Source: Rhodospirillales bacterium (lineage in GTDB: Bacteria; Pseudomonadota; Alphaproteobacteria; Rhodospirillales; Defluviicoccaceae). From it: DNA of 64,000 nucleotides. Below, piece after piece: positions 34,733-43,349 of the stretch (the stretch's first letter is position 1; each line of letters opens with the position of its first letter). The notes below the pieces were generated by a model. The model was not told the DNA's origin. It searched no databases and saw only the letters and a list, made by a program, of their open reading frames with translations. The stretch covers positions 385,537 through 449,536 of the forward strand of contig JADJXQ010000002.1 in assembly GCA_016710335.1 (NCBI GenBank), given 5' to 3'. A program made the translations under genes and the position numbers.

Positions 34733-35554
34733 ATGAACCACCGAGCGTATAGCCTGCCGGTCGGCATCAGGACAGTCTCCGTCGACCGCTCCGGCTACTG
34801 GCTCGCCGCCGGCTGGCAAGACTTTCTGCAGGCACCCGTGATCAGCATCGTGTATGGCGGCGCCTTCGCTCTGCTCAGCATCGTCTTGGGCTACGGAGTG
34901 ATCGCCGCGGACCTGGGCTCGTTGGTTCTGCCGCTTGCCGGCGGCTTCGTGTTGCTTGCACCCATCCTCGTGGTCGGCCTCTACGACGTCAGCCGGCGGT
35001 TGGAGAGCGGACACGCCGTTGGCCTGCATCCTGCGTATTCGGCGTTCCGGGAGAACATCGGCCAGCTTTCGGCGATGGGCATAGTCTTGATGTTCATTTG
35101 GTTCATATGGGTCGAGGTGGCAATCTTCCTGTTCGCCATCGTTTATAACCGCCCTCCGCCGCCGTTGGAGAACTTCATCCTCGAGGTGCCGTTCACCCTC
35201 GAGGGCGCCCTGCTCCTGTCGATCGGGACCCTGCTTGGCGCCGGGTTCGCGCTGGTGATCTTCGCCGTCACCGCGGTGTCGATCCCCATGATGTTCGATC
35301 GCCGGGTCGACGTGGTCACCGCCATCGGAGCCAGCATCCTGACGGTTCGCGCCAACTGGCAGGTCATGTTCGGCTGGGCGGCGTTGATCGCGTTGGTGAC
35401 CGCCTGCGGCATCGCGACGTTCGGGCTCGGCTTGGCCGTGGCGCTGCCGGTCCTCGCCTACGCCACATGGCATTGCTACCGCGACCTCATCGCCCCGCCG
35501 CACCAACCCCACCCGACGGAGCCGGCCTCGGCGCCACTATCCGACGCGATCTAA
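34733..35554 (+). CDS. DUF2189 domain-containing integral membrane protein
   Basis: ...GYWLAAGWQDFLQAPVISIVYGGAFALLS...; polytopic. Typically associated with cox loci. Confidence 0.65.
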   Translation: MNHRAYSLPVGIRTVSVDRSGYWLAAGWQDFLQAPVISIVYGGAFALLSIVLGYGVIAADLGSLVLPLAGGFVLLAPILVVGLYDVSRRLESGHAVGLHPAYSAFRENIGQLSAMGIVLMFIWFIWVEVAIFLFAIVYNRPPPPLENFILEVPFTLEGALLLSIGTLLGAGFALVIFAVTAVSIPMMFDRRVDVVTAIGASILTVRANWQVMFGWAALIALVTACGIATFGLGLAVALPVLAYATWHCYRDLIAPPHQPHPTEPASAPLSDAI

Positions 35555-35557
35555 CGC

Positions 35558-36259
35558 GTGATCCACTTCCACGGCATCGCCGAGACCATCGCCGAGACCA
35601 TCGCTCCGGCCATCGCTTCCCTGGGCCTGATCTGCCGCGGCGACACGCGCGTCGGTTCGGACGACAACGTTGCCCCGCCGCTGACCGCGCTGGTGATGAT
35701 CGGCAACACCGGAGCGGCCATGTGGCATGCCTTCACCGCCGATGTTCCGAAAGCCGAGCGCGAGGCGGCGACGCACCCCCTCGACGACTGGATCCGGCAC
35801 CGCATCGGCGACGTCGCCCGACGGCTCGGTGCGCGAGCGGTGTTTCCCTTCGACGGCCCGCCGTTCCATCCGTTCCTGCAATGGGCGCAACGGGCCGACA
35901 TGGTGTTTCCATCGCCGATCGGCTCGCTGATCCACCCGCACTTCGGCCTGTGGCACGCCTACCGCGCCGTGCTGCTCTTTTCGGAGCCGCTGGAGACAAC
36001 GCCGCGACCGGCGGGAACCAGTCCCTGCGCAACGTGCGCCGGCCAACCTTGCCGCAGCACCTGCCCGGTCGGCGCCATCGGCGCCGGCGTCTACGACGTC
36101 ACCGCCTGTGTCCGTCATCTCGCTTCGGCGGCCGGCGCCGACTGCATGACCCTCGGCTGCCGGGCGCGGCGCGCCTGCCCCGTCGGTGCCGCCGAGCCCT
36201 ACCACCCCGATCAAGTCGCCTTCCATATGGAGCGCTTTCGCGCCGCGCACGCAGCTTGA
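35558..36259 (+). CDS. 4Fe-4S ferredoxin-type protein (QueG/RdhA-like C-terminal Cys motifs)
   Basis: ...SPCATCAGQPCRSTCPVGA... and ...CMTLGCRARRACPVG... Family assignment is tentative. Confidence 0.5.
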   Translation: MIHFHGIAETIAETIAPAIASLGLICRGDTRVGSDDNVAPPLTALVMIGNTGAAMWHAFTADVPKAEREAATHPLDDWIRHRIGDVARRLGARAVFPFDGPPFHPFLQWAQRADMVFPSPIGSLIHPHFGLWHAYRAVLLFSEPLETTPRPAGTSPCATCAGQPCRSTCPVGAIGAGVYDVTACVRHLASAAGADCMTLGCRARRACPVGAAEPYHPDQVAFHMERFRAAHAA

Positions 36260-36332
36260 GGCGGGCACCGTTCCACGGCGGATGCGGCAACCGGGTAGAC
36301 TTTCGGCGCTGCCCGATCATATTAAGCGACGT

Positions 36333-37178
36333 ATGGACGCCGTCCCCTTCATCAAGATGCACGGCCTCGGCAACGATTTCGTCGTCGTCGATGCGCGTGA
36401 GCGGCCGTTCGCCCCGAACGCCGGGCAGGCGCGCGCCATCGCCGACCGGCGGCGCGGCATCGGCTGTGACCAGGTGATCGTCATCGAGCCGCCCCGCAAC
36501 GGCCTCGCCGACGTGGCCATGCGCATCTTCAATGCCGATGGCCATGAGGTCGCAGCCTGCGGCAACGGCGCCCGCTGCGTCGCCGCCCTGGTAATGGGTG
36601 GGAGCGGAGCGGATCATGCCGTCATCGAGACCGCCGCCGGCCTGCTCGACGCCGAGACCACGGAGGGCGGCTTGATCGCCGTCGACATGGGCCGCGTCAG
36701 CTTCGACTGGCGGGATATCCCGCTCGCCGAAGCCGCCGACACCCTCAGCCTCGCAGTCGCCGCCGGCCCCCTCCACGACCCCGTCGCCGTAAGCGTCGGC
36801 AACCCGCACGCGGTGTTCTTCGTCGACGACGCGGCGTCCATCACGCTCGACGCCTACGGGCCGATGATCGAACGCCACCCCCTGTTCCCGGAACGCACCA
36901 ATGTCGAGGTGGTCCAGGTGCTGGCGCCGGACCGGCTCCGCCTCAGGGTGTGGGAGCGCGGCGCCGGCATCACCGAGGCCTGCGGCAGCGGCGCCTGTGC
37001 CGCCGTCGCAGCCGCCCATCGCCGCGGCTTCACCGGCCGCGAGGTCGACGTGGTGCTGGATGGCGGCACCCTCTCCATCAGGCTGCTGCGCGACGACCAT
37101 GTGCTGATGACCGGCCCCGCCGTGGTCAGCTTCACCGGCGCCTTCGATCCTGCGGCGCTGACGGCGGCCGCGTCATGA
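36333..37178 (+). CDS. dapF: Diaminopimelate epimerase
   Basis: MDAVPFIKMHGLGNDFVVVDAR...NADGHEVAACGNGARC...VGNPHAVFFV...WERGAGITEACGSGACA. Confidence 0.95.
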   Translation: MDAVPFIKMHGLGNDFVVVDARERPFAPNAGQARAIADRRRGIGCDQVIVIEPPRNGLADVAMRIFNADGHEVAACGNGARCVAALVMGGSGADHAVIETAAGLLDAETTEGGLIAVDMGRVSFDWRDIPLAEAADTLSLAVAAGPLHDPVAVSVGNPHAVFFVDDAASITLDAYGPMIERHPLFPERTNVEVVQVLAPDRLRLRVWERGAGITEACGSGACAAVAAAHRRGFTGREVDVVLDGGTLSIRLLRDDHVLMTGPAVVSFTGAFDPAALTAAAS

Positions 37179-38419
37179 CCGAACTCCGCATCGTCACCAT
37201 GGGTTGCCGGCTCAACGCCTTCGAATCGGAGGTGATGCGCGCCGAGGCCGCCGCCGCCGGCGTCACCGGCGCCGTCATCGTCAACACTTGCGCGGTGACC
37301 GGCGAAGCCGTCCGCCAGGCGCGCCAGACTATCCGCAGGCTTCGCCGCGAGTGCCCCGGTGACCGCATCGTCGTCACCGGCTGCGCCGCGCAACTGGAGC
37401 CCGCCGCCTTCGCCGCCATGCCGGAGGTGGATCAGGTGCTGGGCAACCGGGAGAAGCTCGACCGCCGCCGCCTCGACGACCGCGACAGCGTCGTCGCCGT
37501 TGCCGACATCGCCGCCGAGCCCTCGGCGACGCCGCCCCTGCTCGAAGGCTTCGAGGGCCGCGCGCGCGCCTTCGTCCAGATCCAACAGGGCTGCGACCAC
37601 CACTGCACCTTCTGCATCATCCCGGCGGCGCGGGGGCCGAACCGCAGCGTCGCGCCGGAGCGGATCATCGCTAAGGTGCGCGCCTTGGTGGCTCGCGGCA
37701 TTAGTGAAGTGGTTCTGACCGGCGTCGACATCTGCTCCTACGGCGCCGATCTCGCAGAACGACCGCGGCTCGGCGACCTGGTGCCGGCGGTGCTGGCAGA
37801 GGTGCCGGCGCTGCCGCGCCTCCGCCTGTCGACCTTGGATCCGGCGGCGGTCGACGATGCGCTGGTGTCGGCCTTCGCCGACCACGCGCGCCTGATGCCG
37901 CACGTGCATTTCAGCCTCCAGGCGATGGACGACACCGTGTTGAAGCGGATGCGGCGCCGGCACCGGCGCGGCGACGTGTTCAGCCTCGCACAGCGCCTGC
38001 GCCATGCCCGCCCCGGCATCGTGTTCGGCGCCGACCTGATCGCCGGCTTCCCCACCGAGAGCCCGGCCATGTTTCAAGCGACATTGGACGCCGTCGAGGC
38101 GCTCGACGTGCCCTACCTGCACGTGTTCCCCTATTCGCCTCGTCCCGGCACCCCGGCCGCGCGGATGCCGCAGGTGCCGGGGCCGGAGCGGCGCGCCCGC
38201 GCGGCCCGCCTCCGCGAAGCCGGTGAACGGGCGCGGCGACGCTTTCATGAGCGCCGCGTCGGCGCCCGCACCGAGGTGCTGGTGGAAGCGGGACGCATCG
38301 GGCGATGCCGCCACTACGCCGTGGTCCGTCTCGACCGGGACGCCGTGCCCGGCGCGTTGATCCCGGTGCGGATCGACGGGTTCGACGGCGATGGCCTGAC
38401 CGGGAGCCTCATCCCATGA
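37175..38419 (+). CDS. mtaB: tRNA (N6-threonylcarbamoyladenosine-37) methylthiotransferase MtaB
   Basis: ...TMGCRLNAFESEVM...NTCAVTGEA..., radical-SAM motif QQGCDHHCTFCIIP. ATGA overlap with dapF. Confidence 0.88.
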   Translation: MTELRIVTMGCRLNAFESEVMRAEAAAAGVTGAVIVNTCAVTGEAVRQARQTIRRLRRECPGDRIVVTGCAAQLEPAAFAAMPEVDQVLGNREKLDRRRLDDRDSVVAVADIAAEPSATPPLLEGFEGRARAFVQIQQGCDHHCTFCIIPAARGPNRSVAPERIIAKVRALVARGISEVVLTGVDICSYGADLAERPRLGDLVPAVLAEVPALPRLRLSTLDPAAVDDALVSAFADHARLMPHVHFSLQAMDDTVLKRMRRRHRRGDVFSLAQRLRHARPGIVFGADLIAGFPTESPAMFQATLDAVEALDVPYLHVFPYSPRPGTPAARMPQVPGPERRARAARLREAGERARRRFHERRVGARTEVLVEAGRIGRCRHYAVVRLDRDAVPGALIPVRIDGFDGDGLTGSLIP

Positions 38420-39384
38420 ACGACACCTCCCCCGCCTCGTCCGGCGCCGAGCCGGAGGAGGAAAGCAAGGGCTGGCTCCGCCGCCTGCGCCAGGGGCTGA
38501 GCCGGTCGTCGGCGCGGCTCGGGGGCGGCATCTCCGAGCTGTTCACCGGCCGCCGCCTCGACCGCGCTGCGCTGGAGGAGCTTGAGGACCTGTTGATCGC
38601 CGCCGACATCGGCGTCGCCACGGCGGCCAAGCTGACATCCGCGCTCGCCCGGTCCCGCTTTGACCAGGAGGTCACCGCCGACGAGGTGCGCGCCGCGCTT
38701 GCCGAGGAAATCACCCGGATCCTGGCGCCGGTCTCCGAGATGATCAGCATCCACCAGGCTCGGAAGCCCCATGTGATCCTGGTGTGCGGCGTCAACGGTA
38801 GCGGCAAGACTACCACCATCGCCAAGCTGGCGGCCCTGTTCAAGCACGTCGGCCTCAACGTCATGCTGGCCGCCGGCGACACGTTCCGCGCCGCCGCCAT
38901 CGAGCAACTCCAGATCTGGGGCGAGCGCGCCGGCTGCCCGGTGATCGCGCGGCCGCCGGGCACGGACGCTGCCGGGCTGGCGTACGAGGCGCTGGAGACG
39001 GCGCGGGAGCGGCGCGCCGACGTGCTGCTGATCGACACCGCCGGCCGCCTGCACAACCGCGCCGACCTCATGGCTGAACTCACCAAGATCATCCGCGTGC
39101 TGAAGAAAGTCGACGAAACCGCCCCCCACGACACCATCCTGGTGCTCGACGCCACCGTCGGCCAGAACGCCCACAGCCAGGTCGAGACGTTCCGGAGCAT
39201 CGTCAACGTCACCGGCCTGGTGATGACCAAGCTCGATGGCTCGGCCAAGGGCGGCGTCGTGGTCGCCCTCGCCGACCGGTTCGGGCTGCCGGTGCACGTC
39301 GTCGGCGTTGGCGAGCAACTGGAAGACATGCGCCCGTTCGACCCCAAGGCTTTCGCCCGCGGCCTCCTCGGCATCAACGCCTGA
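38416..39384 (+). CDS. ftsY: Signal recognition particle receptor FtsY
   Basis: ...[19 protein letters not shown]...[14 protein letters not shown]...DTAGRLHN...[10 protein letters not shown]. Confidence 0.95.
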   Translation: MNDTSPASSGAEPEEESKGWLRRLRQGLSRSSARLGGGISELFTGRRLDRAALEELEDLLIAADIGVATAAKLTSALARSRFDQEVTADEVRAALAEEITRILAPVSEMISIHQARKPHVILVCGVNGSGKTTTIAKLAALFKHVGLNVMLAAGDTFRAAAIEQLQIWGERAGCPVIARPPGTDAAGLAYEALETARERRADVLLIDTAGRLHNRADLMAELTKIIRVLKKVDETAPHDTILVLDATVGQNAHSQVETFRSIVNVTGLVMTKLDGSAKGGVVVALADRFGLPVHVVGVGEQLEDMRPFDPKAFARGLLGINA

Positions 39385-39450
39385 GCCGCTTGTCGCCGGC
39401 GTTTCCCCGGCTATACTCCCGCACCATCACGCTTCGAAGGGGGTGTCGCT

Positions 39451-40443
39451 TTGGCGGAACTGCAACACGACGTCATCGGTGTCGGCAATGCGATCGTCGA
39501 CGTCCTGGCTCATGCCGACGAGGCGTTCATCGCCGCCAACGGCCTCAACAAGGGAACGATGACCCTGATCGACGCCGCGACCGCCGACGCCCTCTACGAC
39601 CGCATGGGCCCGGCGGTGGAGGTTTCCGGCGGCTCGGCGGCCAACACCATCGCCGGTTTGGCGTCGCTCGGCGGCCGTGGCGCGTTCGTCGGCAAGGTGC
39701 GCGACGACCAGTTCGGCGCCATCTTCCGCCACGACATCCGCTCGCTGGGGATCGCCTTCGACACCGCCCCGGCTCGCGACGGACCAGCCACCGGCCGCTG
39801 CCTGATCTTCGTCACCCCGGACGCCCACCGCACCATGCAGACCTGTCTCGGGATCAGTGCCGAGCTCGATCCCGAGGACATCGACGAGGCCGCCGTCGCC
39901 GCCGCCGGCATCACCTACCTCGAAGGGTATCTGTGGGATCGGCCGCGGGCCAAGCAGGCGTTCGTGAAGGCGGCGAACACCGCCCATGCGGCGGGGCGTA
40001 AGGTCGCGTTGAGCCTCTCCGATCCGTTCTGCGTCGATCGTCACCGCGCCGACTTCCTCGATCTGGTCACCGAGCATGTGGACGTGCTGTTCGCCAACGA
40101 GGATGAAATCGTCTCCCTCTACCAGGTCCACGCCTTCGACGAAGCGATCCGCCACGTGCGCGGCCACTGCGAGGTGGCGGCGCTGACCCGCTCCGAGAAA
40201 GGCGCCGTCGTCTTGTCCAAGGAACAGCTCCACGTTCTCGAGGCGGAGCCTGCCGACATGGTGGTGGACACCACCGGCGCTGGCGACGCCTACGCCGCCG
40301 GCTTCCTCTACGGGCTAACCTTCGGCCGCCCGCTCACCGACTGTGGCCGCCTGGGCGCCATCGCCGCCGCCGAGGTCATCAGCCACGTCGGCGCCCGACC
40401 CGAAGTGTCCCTCGCCGAACTGGTGAAGCTGAAGCGCGCGTGA
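39451..40443 (+). CDS. PfkB-family carbohydrate/nucleoside kinase (adenosine kinase-like)
   Basis: ...VIGVGNAIVDVL...GGSAANT...DTTGAGDAYAAGFLYG... Apparent TTG start. Confidence 0.8.
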   Translation: MAELQHDVIGVGNAIVDVLAHADEAFIAANGLNKGTMTLIDAATADALYDRMGPAVEVSGGSAANTIAGLASLGGRGAFVGKVRDDQFGAIFRHDIRSLGIAFDTAPARDGPATGRCLIFVTPDAHRTMQTCLGISAELDPEDIDEAAVAAAGITYLEGYLWDRPRAKQAFVKAANTAHAAGRKVALSLSDPFCVDRHRADFLDLVTEHVDVLFANEDEIVSLYQVHAFDEAIRHVRGHCEVAALTRSEKGAVVLSKEQLHVLEAEPADMVVDTTGAGDAYAAGFLYGLTFGRPLTDCGRLGAIAAAEVISHVGARPEVSLAELVKLKRA

Positions 40444-40453
40444 GCCTGCCCTC

Positions 40454-41908
40454 GTGACGGATCAACCCGGCCCGCAGCGAGAGCCAGCGAGGTCGTGGTC
40501 GGCGGCGGCGCGGGTCTATCGCGATCCGCGGGTGCTGGCGATGCTTTTCCTCGGCTTCTCCAGCGGGCTGCCATTCGGGGTGCTGGCCGAACCGCTCTCC
40601 GCCTGGCTCATCGAGTCCGGCGTCAGCCTCACCGGGGTCGGGCTGTTCGCCCTGGTCAGCCTGCCGTACTCCCTCAAGTTCCTGACCGCGCCGTTTATCG
40701 ACCGCCTGCCGCTGCCGCTGCTGACAGCCGCGTTCGGGCGCCGCCGCGGCTGGGCGCTGTGCGGCCAGGGGGTGCTGCTCGTCGCCATCGCCGGCATGGG
40801 CTTTACCGACCCAGGCCACCAGATCGCCTGGACCGCCGCATTCGCCATCGCCGTGGCTTTTGCGTCGGCCGGTCAGGATGTGGTCATCGACGCGTACCGG
40901 GTCGAGATCCTGGAGGAGCGTGCATTGGCCGCCGGCGCCGCCACCGCCGTGTTCGGCTGGCGCACCGGCCAGTTCGCCGCCGGCGCCGGCGGCCTGATCC
41001 TGGCGGACCTCCTGCCGTGGTCGACGGTGTTCCTGATCCTGGCATCCCTGGTCCTGGTCGGTGTCGCCGCCATTCTGGTCAACCCCGAACCCGCGGCGCG
41101 CATGACCCCTCAGTCCCTGGAGCGCGAGCGCCACGCCGAACGCTTCCTGGAGACCCGCCGGCATCTGCCGCGGGCTTTGGCCGAGGCGCTGGCGTGGCTC
41201 TATGCCGCCGCGGTCCTGCCGTTGCTGGAATTCATCGGCCGCCGCGGCTGGCTGGCGATCCTCGCGTTCATCATGCTCTACAAGTTCGGCGACGCGGTCC
41301 TCGGCGTCATGAAGGTGCCGTTCTTCCTCGACCTCGGCTTCACCAAGACCGAGATCGCCGAGGTGGTCAAACTGTTCGGCACCGTCGCCACCATCGGCGG
41401 CGGCCTCATGGGCGGCGTGCTGCTGGCCCGCCTCGGCATCGTGCCGGGGCTGTTCCTCTGCGGCGTGCTGATGGCGCTCTCCAACCTGGTTTTCGTCGTC
41501 CAGGCCTGGGTCGGCCCCGACGTCGCCATGCTCGGCCTGACCATCGCCGTCGAGAACGTAACCACCGGCATGGGCACCACGGCCTTCGTCGCCTACCTCT
41601 CGTCGCTCTGCAACGTCGCCTACACCGCCACCCAATACGCCCTGCTCACCTCCCTCATGGCGCTGTCGCGCACCGTCCTCTCCTCCGGCGCCGGCTGGCT
41701 CGCGGAGGTGTTGGACTGGCCGTCCTTCTTCCTCGCCACCACCCTCGCCGCCCTCCCCGGCCTGCTCCTACTCCTCTGGATGTGGCGCCGGTTCGATCCC
41801 GAAGCGGACGGCCTCGCGCCTCGACCGGCCGACGCCCACGCCGCGCGATCCTCGGCGTCTCAGGGCGCTGCGCGATCGCCTGTTTCGTCCAAATCGGAAA
41901 TGACTTGA
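40454..41908 (+). CDS. ampG: AmpG-family muropeptide MFS transporter
   Basis: ...LGFSSGLPFGVL...SLPYSLKFLTAPFIDR...LMLYKFGDA... 12-14 TM helices. The last 49 nt overlap the 3' end of hepT on the other strand. Confidence 0.85.
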   Translation: MTDQPGPQREPARSWSAAARVYRDPRVLAMLFLGFSSGLPFGVLAEPLSAWLIESGVSLTGVGLFALVSLPYSLKFLTAPFIDRLPLPLLTAAFGRRRGWALCGQGVLLVAIAGMGFTDPGHQIAWTAAFAIAVAFASAGQDVVIDAYRVEILEERALAAGAATAVFGWRTGQFAAGAGGLILADLLPWSTVFLILASLVLVGVAAILVNPEPAARMTPQSLERERHAERFLETRRHLPRALAEALAWLYAAAVLPLLEFIGRRGWLAILAFIMLYKFGDAVLGVMKVPFFLDLGFTKTEIAEVVKLFGTVATIGGGLMGGVLLARLGIVPGLFLCGVLMALSNLVFVVQAWVGPDVAMLGLTIAVENVTTGMGTTAFVAYLSSLCNVAYTATQYALLTSLMALSRTVLSSGAGWLAEVLDWPSFFLATTLAALPGLLLLLWMWRRFDPEADGLAPRPADAHAARSSASQGAARSPVSSKSEMT

Positions 41909-42225
41909 GGAAGAGCGGCACTCAGTTCCGGAAGAAAACGAACAACAGTCTGGTAGATAATGTTCGGATCGGTGCCGAGGTAGTCGTGAACCAAGCGATT
42001 GCGCATCCCCACGATGTCCATCCACGGAATGTGTGGATACCTCTCGCGGGTCTCGGGAGGCACCTTTTTGGCGGCTTCACCGATGACATGGAGGGAATAA
42101 GTCACTGCATAGCACGTTCGCTTGTCGGCGATGAAGTCTTCCGCGCTGAACCCACCAACGAAGGCTTGCGCTTGCAACGCGTATGTCAGCATGTCATCGA
42201 GATCATCCCGAACATCGCGCTTCAT
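41860..42225 (-). CDS. hepT: HepT-like (DUF86) ribonuclease toxin of a type VII MntA/HepT TA system
   Basis: R-x4-H-x-Y motif (RNRLVHDY). ATGA overlap with the upstream MNT gene. GC is below the window average. Confidence 0.85.
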   Translation of the reverse strand: MKRDVRDDLDDMLTYALQAQAFVGGFSAEDFIADKRTCYAVTYSLHVIGEAAKKVPPETRERYPHIPWMDIVGMRNRLVHDYLGTDPNIIYQTVVRFLPELSAALPQVISDLDETGDRAAP

Positions 42226-42515
42226 ACCGCCGTGACCTCGGCGAAGATCCGCTCACCGATCCTCGGCCTCAGGCCCTCTTTGAAGACAAGGTCGACGGTC
42301 ACGCCCAGGGCTTCGCTCAGTTCGCGTTCGAGCCTGACGAGGTCGATTAACGTGACGCTATCGTCGACATCGACCAGCAAGTCGAGATCAGAATCGTCGC
42401 GTTGCTCGCCTCGCACGTAGGAGCCAAACACCCCCATCGACCTTATCGGGTAGCGCTTTCGCAACTCCGGCTGCAGCCGGCGCAACTCGGCGAGCAATGT
42501 GTCGAGGTCGTTCAA
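42222..42515 (-). CDS. mntA: MNT-family nucleotidyltransferase antitoxin (MntA)
   Basis: ...MGVFGSYVRGEQRDDSDLDLLVDV... (GS-x10-DxD polymerase-beta NTase motif). Confidence 0.88.
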   Translation of the reverse strand: MNDLDTLLAELRRLQPELRKRYPIRSMGVFGSYVRGEQRDDSDLDLLVDVDDSVTLIDLVRLERELSEALGVTVDLVFKEGLRPRIGERIFAEVTAV

Positions 42516-42594
42516 AGCTCATTCTCCGCCCGGTCGCGATGTTCTCAATACCGGCGGCAAGCCGCTCATGTCGGTCTGTCGAGACACAAGCATA

Positions 42595-42942
42595 CTACTC
42601 CAAATCGACAAGCCTTTCCTTCAGGCTAAGCTTCAGCCCGTCGACATCGTATGATACGAACTCGTATACAAAGAGGGCGATGTAGCCGCGCCGCACGAAG
42701 TGTTCAAGTGTATCATCCGGATTTGATGGACCCGACTTCGCCAATATCGCCTTGTCGCCGGACAGCAGCGCTTTGATGAAGTCCTGCGCTTTCGGGTTCT
42801 TGTCGCAGAATGCCGGCGTCATGTTGACGTCGTGGTACTGCTTCTGGCTATACCAGTATGAGTGTAACACCGGATAGCATATACCATCAACTGATGCAAA
42901 CCAAGAACCGCGTCTGCCCGTTGCCTTCTTTTTCGCAAGCAT
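42595..42942 (-). CDS. Hypothetical protein (orphan, low-GC)
   Basis: 115 aa starting MLAKKKATGRRGSWFASVDGICYPVLHSYWYSQKQYHD..., with a good SD (aaagggggaag) before the ATG at 42942. The track's longer version (to 43038) lacks an SD. No family recognised. Confidence 0.5.
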   Translation of the reverse strand: MLAKKKATGRRGSWFASVDGICYPVLHSYWYSQKQYHDVNMTPAFCDKNPKAQDFIKALLSGDKAILAKSGPSNPDDTLEHFVRRGYIALFVYEFVSYDVDGLKLSLKERLVDLE

Positions 42943-43208
42943 TGTCAGCTTCCCCCTTTGGTCCCTGAAGCACAGTGTATGCGACGTCGCCATGTTCCGG
43001 GCAATCATGAAGTGGCCTGAAGCCTTCTCCCACACCATACGTGAACCACTTCACTTCTCCGCCTGAAGCCAATCCACCTAGTTCGCCGCCTGAAGCGCAT
43101 GGCTGCGATGAGGAGCGACAGGCGCTGCGCGATCGGGGTCTTGTCAACGCGGAGGGTTGGCACTAAGACTTCGGCTTCCGGCCGGCTGCAAGTGAAAGCC
43201 GGCGCACG

Positions 43209-43283
<75 letters not shown>

Positions 43284-43306
43284 GTTTCATCGGGACAACG
43301 GGTTCT

Positions 43307-43325
43307 CGTATGCCGCCCCGGCGCC
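43307..43325. terminator. GC hairpin between tRNA-Val and the convergent CocE/NonD gene
   Basis: cccggcg-ccgcc-cgccggg, a perfect 7-bp stem with no T-tract on either strand. Confidence 0.3.
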
Positions 43326-43349
43326 GCCCGCCGGGTGGTGGGATGGGCC

